64,000 bases of DNA from Nitrosopumilaceae archaeon. GTDB taxonomy: Archaea > Thermoproteota > Nitrososphaeria > Nitrososphaerales > Nitrosopumilaceae. The notes below the pieces were generated by a model. That model was given only the letters and a program-made list of their open reading frames with translations, searched no databases and had not been told where the DNA came from. Both the position numbers and the translations under genes were made by a program. The number at the start of each line of letters is the position of its first letter. The stretch's first letter is position 1. The stretch lies in contig CBDCCK010000002.1 of assembly GCA_965214835.1 (NCBI GenBank), forward strand, positions 160,001 through 224,000, written 5' to 3'. Shown piece after piece: positions 58,541-64,000 of this stretch.

Positions 58541-59001
58541 AAGTATAAGAGATGCCCTACACGATGAGATCATCCTGATTTGGAGCACGACACCTGCAAG
58601 GATCCACGGTAGGATCGGGTACGATTTCATATGGGAGTGGCGATTCAAAGTTTTTGAGCACACATGGGTGTAAACTACGCGGGAATACACCTTTTGGTGA
58701 TCAAAGACTATCAGTCGCCACTATGGGCCTCCTCAACAGCGAGCACCTCCACGCGCAGTCTATACTTGTGTCCGTTTGGCGTCACTATGTAAGTGCCGCC
58801 GTCCTGCTGCCACTCGGACGCACGGATCCCTGATGACATGCCGGCCTGAGGTATTGCATGGTATCAGGATGCCTGGACTTGTGGCGGATCCATCTGCGGT
58901 GCCTCGATCCTGCGGGTGGGCACGCCCTCCCACGTTATGCGGCATGTCGTACGCCTTTTTTGATCTACAATTAATTAGCTGAAACATACAACCAAGAAGG
59001 G

Positions 59002-59820
59002 TTGAAGCGAATCGCACTCTTGGGCTGTGGCGCCATAGGAACCCAGATTGCCCTGGCAATCGACTCTGGAAGGATCCCGGCCGCCCTCACCCACATCTAC
59101 GACGCAGACAAGGCGCGATCCGAGTCCCTTGTCTCCAAGCTGGACTCGGATCCGCAGATTGTGGAGAACTCCCACCTGCTGTCGTCCCAGCCCATCGACC
59201 TGGTGGTGGAGGCCGCCTCCCAGGACGCAGTCAGGGACGTGGCGCTGAGCGTCTTGCAGAATCGCAAGGACCTGATGATCATGAGCGTGGGCGCACTGCT
59301 GGATGCGTCGGTCTTTGAAGTCATTGCCGAGGCCTGCAGGGACTATCACAGGACCGTCTACCTGCCATCCGGCGCAATCGCCGGACTGGACGGGCTAAAG
59401 TCTGTAAAAGACGAGATCCAAAGCATATCGCTGACCACCACAAAGCACCCGCGCTCCCTTGTGGGCGCCAAGTTCTTTGAGACGTCTGATGTCGACCTGG
59501 ATGCCATCGACGGGCCGACCAAGGTCTTTGAGGGATCCGCAAGGCAGGCAGTGTCCCTGTTTCCTGCCAACATCAATGTGGCAGCGCTCCTGAGCCTGGC
59601 CACCGTCGGCAGCGAGAGGACCCTTGTAAGGATCATGGCAGATCCGTCGACTGACAAAAACACCCACTCCATCGTTGCACAGGGTGCCTTTGGAAGGATG
59701 ACCCTTGAGATACAAAACGTGTCTGACTCGGCCAACCCAAAGACCAGCAGGCTTGCCATGCTGTCTGCAATCGAAAGACTCCGCCAGATCTGTTCTGAGG
59801 GGATTCAGATTGGCACGTAA
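59002..59820 (+). CDS. nadX: L-aspartate dehydrogenase
   Basis: LLGCGAIG, VVEAASQ, PSGAIAGLD, FPANINVAA, NPKTS.LA. Confidence 0.95.
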   Translation: MKRIALLGCGAIGTQIALAIDSGRIPAALTHIYDADKARSESLVSKLDSDPQIVENSHLLSSQPIDLVVEAASQDAVRDVALSVLQNRKDLMIMSVGALLDASVFEVIAEACRDYHRTVYLPSGAIAGLDGLKSVKDEIQSISLTTTKHPRSLVGAKFFETSDVDLDAIDGPTKVFEGSARQAVSLFPANINVAALLSLATVGSERTLVRIMADPSTDKNTHSIVAQGAFGRMTLEIQNVSDSANPKTSRLAMLSAIERLRQICSEGIQIGT

Positions 59821-59891
59821 CCTGGCAATAATTGCCGTAATTGCCTGAATTTTAGAAGATTCCGGGTCACGATCTTATTCTTTAAATCCCC

Positions 59892-60869
59892 TTGTCTTGG
59901 ATGGTTTCTGGTTTGCTTGCGCAAGAAACTGCCGGCTTGAAGGAGGAGGTTCTGAGGCTCAAAAAAGAAAAGGATGTCCTGGTACTGGCCCACAACTACC
60001 AGATTCCCGAGGTTCAAGACATCGCTGACTTTGTCGGCGACTCACTGGGCCTCTCAAGGCAGGCTGGAAGGACTGATCACGGGAGAATCCTGTTCTGCGG
60101 GGTTCACTTTATGGCCGAAACTGCCGCAATTATAAGTCCCGAAAAGCGGGTTTTCATCCCAAGCCTTGAGGCGGGCTGCTCGCTGTCTGACTCCATTACC
60201 TTGGATGACTTGAAGAAATGGAAGGAAAGACATCCGGGCGCAGTTGCCGTGGGGTATGTAAACACCACTGCGCAAATAAAGTCAGAGCTGGACTATTGCT
60301 GCACATCATCGAACGCCGTAAGCGTGGTAAGGGCGATACCAGAGGACAGGGAGATCCTGTTTCTGCCCGACATGTTTCTGGGCGCCTATGTCGCCAGGGT
60401 TACCGGCAGGAGGAACATGCGAATATGGGCCGGTGAGTGCCACGTCCATGCGGGAATCACCCCAGACGACGTGCAAAAAAAGCTGGACTCTATGCATGAT
60501 GCAGAGCTTCTGGTGCATCCGGAGTGCAGTTGTACTACGCCCATGCTGTATGACATCGCGTCGGGAGGCTATGAGGGACGCAAGGTCTCAATCCTGTCTA
60601 CTGAGGGCATGATGCAGCATGCGTCAGAATCAAGCGCCAGGGAATTCGTCGTAGCGACTGAGACTGGCATCCTGCACAGGATGAGGCGGCAAAACCCCGC
60701 CAAAAAGTTCGTCCCCGCCTCCGAAAAGGCAGAGTGCCAGTACATGAAAATGATCAACCTGCAAAACGTCCGCGACGCGCTAGTCGAGGACAAATACGAG
60801 GTCAGGGTTCCAAAGGACGTCGCCGACAGGGCAAGGCTCGCAATTGAGCGCATGATTGCCATAAGCTGA
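59892..60869 (+). CDS. nadA: Quinolinate synthase
   Basis: LAHNYQ, GDSLGLS, CGVHFMAETA, CHVH, HPEC, CQYMK. Confidence 0.97.
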   Translation: MSWMVSGLLAQETAGLKEEVLRLKKEKDVLVLAHNYQIPEVQDIADFVGDSLGLSRQAGRTDHGRILFCGVHFMAETAAIISPEKRVFIPSLEAGCSLSDSITLDDLKKWKERHPGAVAVGYVNTTAQIKSELDYCCTSSNAVSVVRAIPEDREILFLPDMFLGAYVARVTGRRNMRIWAGECHVHAGITPDDVQKKLDSMHDAELLVHPECSCTTPMLYDIASGGYEGRKVSILSTEGMMQHASESSAREFVVATETGILHRMRRQNPAKKFVPASEKAECQYMKMINLQNVRDALVEDKYEVRVPKDVADRARLAIERMIAIS

Positions 60870-60903
60870 ACTTATAATCGTAGGAGTATGCCCGGTTTTT
60901 AGT

Positions 60904-61296
60904 TTGACAGGTCTGTTCGGCAGGACTCCAAAGGATCCTCAAAAGAAAAAAAACGTTGAAAAGATCAAGCAGATGCGAAGGCTAGTCAGGGAGCAAAGGT
61001 ATGACGAGGCGCTAAAAAGCGGGCTGGAATACCTCCAAAAAGTCCCGCACAACCACGATGTCCTCTTCATCGTGGGCGGGATTTACTATATGAAACGGCA
61101 GTACAGATCCGCCCTCATACACCTCGAGCATGCAGCTGAGATCGGCACCTATGACGTGGACGTGCTGCTGCTAAAGGCCAACGTGCACCTGATTCTCGGC
61201 CAAAAAAAGCGCGCAGGGGAGTGCTGCGACAAAATCCTAGAGGTAGACGAGGGCAACAAGGACGCCAAGGAAATCCTGGCAGGGCTAGATCTCTAG
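60904..61296 (+). CDS. Tetratricopeptide repeat protein
   Basis: TPR-like helical repeats. Confidence 0.85.
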   Translation: MTGLFGRTPKDPQKKKNVEKIKQMRRLVREQRYDEALKSGLEYLQKVPHNHDVLFIVGGIYYMKRQYRSALIHLEHAAEIGTYDVDVLLLKANVHLILGQKKRAGECCDKILEVDEGNKDAKEILAGLDL

Positions 61297-62100
61297 GCTC
61301 AGATCTATCCCCATTACGGAGCTTGTAATGCTTCCGACAGAGATCATGTCGACCCCCGTCTTGGCGTAACCGCCTATGTTTCTTTCGGTTATGCCGCCTG
61401 AGGCCTCTAGCCTTACGCTATCCCGGAGTCCCATCCTTTTTAGCTCCCTTACCGTTCCTGTGATCTGCCTTGGCGTAAAGTTATCCAGCATGATGATCGT
61501 CGCCCCGTTTCGTGCGGCGATGACTGCGTCCTTTTTTGTCTCCACCTCTATTTCGACCCGGCGGTGCTTTCTTTTTGCGCGTCCTAGCAGCTCCTCTATC
61601 GACAGTCCGACTGACAGGTGGTTGTCTTTGAGCATCACCATCTCGTCTAGCCCCATCCTGTGCTTTTCTCCCCCGCCTATTCTTACTGCGTCCTTGTCAA
61701 ACATCCGCAGTCCCGGCGCCGTCTTCCTCGTCGCAAGCAGTCGGGTACCCCTCGGGAGCCTCCGTGCCAGTGCGTGGGTCTGCGTCGCTATGCCGCTCAT
61801 CCGCGACAGCAGGTTCAGTGCAGTCCGCTCACATGACAGGACATCCTGCGGGCTCCCGGTTATCGTCATGACTGTCTGGTTTGGCCTCAGCCTGGCCCCG
61901 TCCCTTGTCCTGATCAAGACCCTGCATTTTTTCAAAGCAAAGATCTCCTTTGCAAATCGGACTCCTGCGGCGATTCCCTCCTGCCGTGAGATTATTTTTG
62001 CACGGATCGGTTTTTTTGGCAACAGCGAGCTTGTGATGTCCCCAGAGCGGATGTCCTCTGCTAAAAACCTGGAAAGCTCCCTTCGTAAATCGGACTGCAA
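61285..62100 (-). CDS. nadC: Nicotinate-nucleotide pyrophosphorylase (carboxylating)
   Basis: ERTALNLL.RMSGIAT, TRKTAPGLR, KDNH, IMLDNF, EASGGI. Confidence 0.97.
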   Translation of the reverse strand: MQSDLRRELSRFLAEDIRSGDITSSLLPKKPIRAKIISRQEGIAAGVRFAKEIFALKKCRVLIRTRDGARLRPNQTVMTITGSPQDVLSCERTALNLLSRMSGIATQTHALARRLPRGTRLLATRKTAPGLRMFDKDAVRIGGGEKHRMGLDEMVMLKDNHLSVGLSIEELLGRAKRKHRRVEIEVETKKDAVIAARNGATIIMLDNFTPRQITGTVRELKRMGLRDSVRLEASGGITERNIGGYAKTGVDMISVGSITSSVMGIDLSLEI

Positions 62101-62101
62101 C

Positions 62102-62290
62102 TTATGTTACCTTTAGTGCATACTTTCCCTTCTCAGTAATTCCCAAGGTTTTTGCAACGATGGAGTTTGACGGCTCCACCACCAGGACAACCCCGTTCCA
62201 GTCCGGCGTCAGGTCGGATGATTTGCATGCCGGGCAGACCTTTCCTGTTGTAACATACTTGCATTTTCTGCAAGCCATTTCTCTGACCAT
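62102..62290 (-). CDS. spt4: Transcription elongation factor Spt4 (RpoE2)
   Basis: ACRKC...CPAC.S.DLTPDWNG...GKYALKV. Confidence 0.95.
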   Translation of the reverse strand: MVREMACRKCKYVTTGKVCPACKSSDLTPDWNGVVLVVEPSNSIVAKTLGITEKGKYALKVT

Positions 62291-62315
62291 CTACTTCGCC
62301 TTTGCTTTTGCCTTT

Positions 62316-62894
62316 TCAGGCTTTGGCCCCGCCTCCGGATTCGCCGTCTCCCTTTTTGATTTCTTCTGCAATCCACTCGTCTGCACCCAGGAAGGGCTGC
62401 CTGCACGTAATTCCGATCTTCCCCATCGTAGCTGCCTTGCCCAAGGATACCGCGGTGATTCTTGCGCGCAGCGTCGAGCCGACCTTTAGCGTCCTTCCGC
62501 TCTGGTTTGCAATAATCATGCCGGACTTTACATCGCTCTTCAGATAATCATCCATCACCTGCGACAGGTGCAGTAGTGCGTCAGTCGGACCGATTCTAAC
62601 AAATGCACCAAAGTCTGTAATGTCCACAATCTCACCCTGGACAATCTCCTGTAATTTTGGATAAAACGTTAATGCGTCAAACTCGACTCGGTGGAAGGTT
62701 CCGCCGTCTCCTGCAACCATCTTTCCCATTTCATCCACCTTTGCATCTATGATCATGATGATATATCCCAAGTCTGCGTTGATCATGCTCTCGTACTTTT
62801 CCTTGAGGATGTTCACAGCTGCCTTTTTGAGCGTGGTTCCAAACAGGCTTGGCGGGATCCTTACAACATCAACTAGGGTAGATATAGAAAACAA
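62316..62894 (-). CDS. rpo7: DNA-directed RNA polymerase subunit Rpo7 (E')
   Basis: DVVRIPP, S1 domain TDFGAFVRIGPTDALLHLSQV, RQPFLG. Confidence 0.96.
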   Translation of the reverse strand: MFSISTLVDVVRIPPSLFGTTLKKAAVNILKEKYESMINADLGYIIMIIDAKVDEMGKMVAGDGGTFHRVEFDALTFYPKLQEIVQGEIVDITDFGAFVRIGPTDALLHLSQVMDDYLKSDVKSGMIIANQSGRTLKVGSTLRARITAVSLGKAATMGKIGITCRQPFLGADEWIAEEIKKGDGESGGGAKA

Positions 62895-62979
62895 CTGTGT
62901 TCAAATTCACGAATTTGAATTTATGAATCTTTGGGTAATTTCAGCCAAGTGAAAAGTACCCCAGCCAGGCAGAAAACCA

Positions 62980-63263
62980 AGGAATTTAGACCGTCTTGGC
63001 AATGCTGGCAGATGCAAGCAGATCAATTGCGGTGCGGCCCCGTACATTGTTCACCTTTGTCAGGCATCCGGGCATGGAGCCTGCCAACAGCAGTGCCGAA
63101 AGGGTGCTGCGCAGGACGGTCATGCAGAGGGGCGTACGGTGCGGCTGCGCACCCCCGCCGCATGTGTGGGATGTTTGGCACCATGATGTCGTGTACGGGG
63201 ACATGGCTCATACGCGGGCCAGACGTGTCGGCTAGGCTAGTCGAGGTGCTTGTGGCGGCCTAG
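62980..63263 (+). pseudogene. IS66 transposase C-terminal remnant
   Basis: LFTFVRHPGMEPANSSAERVLR resembles the IS66 P.NN.AER.LR motif. Confidence 0.7.
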
Positions 63264-63279
63264 GATTCGCGGTAACTGA

Positions 63280-63374
63280 TCGGGTTCTGGAAGCCGTTTC
63301 TGATTTTAGGCACAAATCCTATTTGATCGGCATTCACTAGTGACAGAATTGACGCCTGAACTTCCAGAACCCGA
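63280..63374. repeat. 95-bp element with 14-bp terminal inverted repeats (MITE-like)
   Basis: TCGGGTTCTGGAAG ... CTTCCAGAACCCGA. Confidence 0.55.
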
Positions 63375-63902
63375 CCTGCTGCGGTTCGTGCCTGTTTCCC
63401 ACCTCAGCCTCCTGTGCTCAACCTAACCGATTACGGTCTCCTAGTATTATTACGCGTTTGAGACGAGGCATGCGCTTTCAGAATACCGGAGAACGTCCAG
63501 TACTCAGCTTGACGTCAGAGGATTCATCCGGAGTGGTTCGATACTTTTCAAGAACTTGCCGGCAGCATGGGACGACAGGCCAGGAACATGCTGAGCCAAG
63601 TTCGGATCCAACGTTGCGGCGCCGCTGACCTCGACGTACGTGGAGCCTGTCTCGCAGGGGCCACGATCACGCTGTGCTCGGAGGCTGCGGGCACATGCAT
63701 GCCAGAGGAGGCCGTACTGCGGCATCCGAGGGCATCCCCCAAGAAGACCGTGCGTAAAGGACGCCAGGCAGACCACCAGGAATTCTGACTATGACAGTCA
63801 AAGGTTCTCGAGGTATTTCATGGTCATATACCAAGCCAGCAGGTTGCCTGCAGGAATTTATGATTGCAGGTATGGATGACGACGCAGGTCCCAGTGGCGG
63901 GC

Positions 63903-64000
63903 TCAGAGCAGTTTTAGCTCCCCGGTAATCTTGTCAATCATGCCCTCCGGGGCGGGTCCTAGTGCGATGCAGGTGGTAGTTCCGGGGGCAATTTGCGTAT
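63903..64000 (-). CDS. pth2: Peptidyl-tRNA hydrolase 2, C-terminal end
   Basis: [31 protein letters not shown]. Confidence 0.9.
   Translation of the reverse strand, partial: TQIAPGTTTCIALGPAPEGMIDKITGELKLL

Noticed and set aside
63400-63880. Short ORFs between the IS66 remnant and pth2
   Set aside because: No recognisable motifs; overlapping frames give no consistent coding signal

Overview
Archaeal DNA, most likely a high-GC Nitrososphaerota (Nitrosopumilaceae/Cenarchaeum-like) genome. The evidence is rpo7-spt4, nadX-nadA-nadC, pth2, TFB-like genes and leaderless TATA promoters. Only about 59-64 kb is housekeeping. About 1-55.2 kb looks like one large integrated element, mostly minus strand, running off the left edge; no integrase, att site or VirB4 is visible in the window. 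It carries a virus/plasmid-like small-gene module (50.8-55.2 kb) and a type IV pilus-like operon headed by its own truncated TFB (TFB, ParB-like, exported proteins, A24 peptidase, secretion ATPase, TadC-like, pilin). That operon resumes about 24 kb later with two more pilins and two ~1000-aa surface proteins. The gap is a cargo hotspot: a TM0106-like nuclease, four YwgA/SocA-like proteins, small membrane proteins, nested IS elements and a broken GHKL ATPase. The best novel-system candidate is a coupled five-gene operon at 16.6-22.4 kb: GHKL ATPase, unknown protein, DUF6339-like/PAPS-reductase-like fusion, GIY-YIG nuclease and DndB-like DGQHR protein. It has a poly-G frameshift in its first gene, is bracketed by partial copies of the tadC 3' end and a pilin 5' end, and has an atypical tRNA-like element outside each arm. 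All family calls come from motif recognition by eye, not database searches. Several 1-nt frameshifts could be assembly errors.
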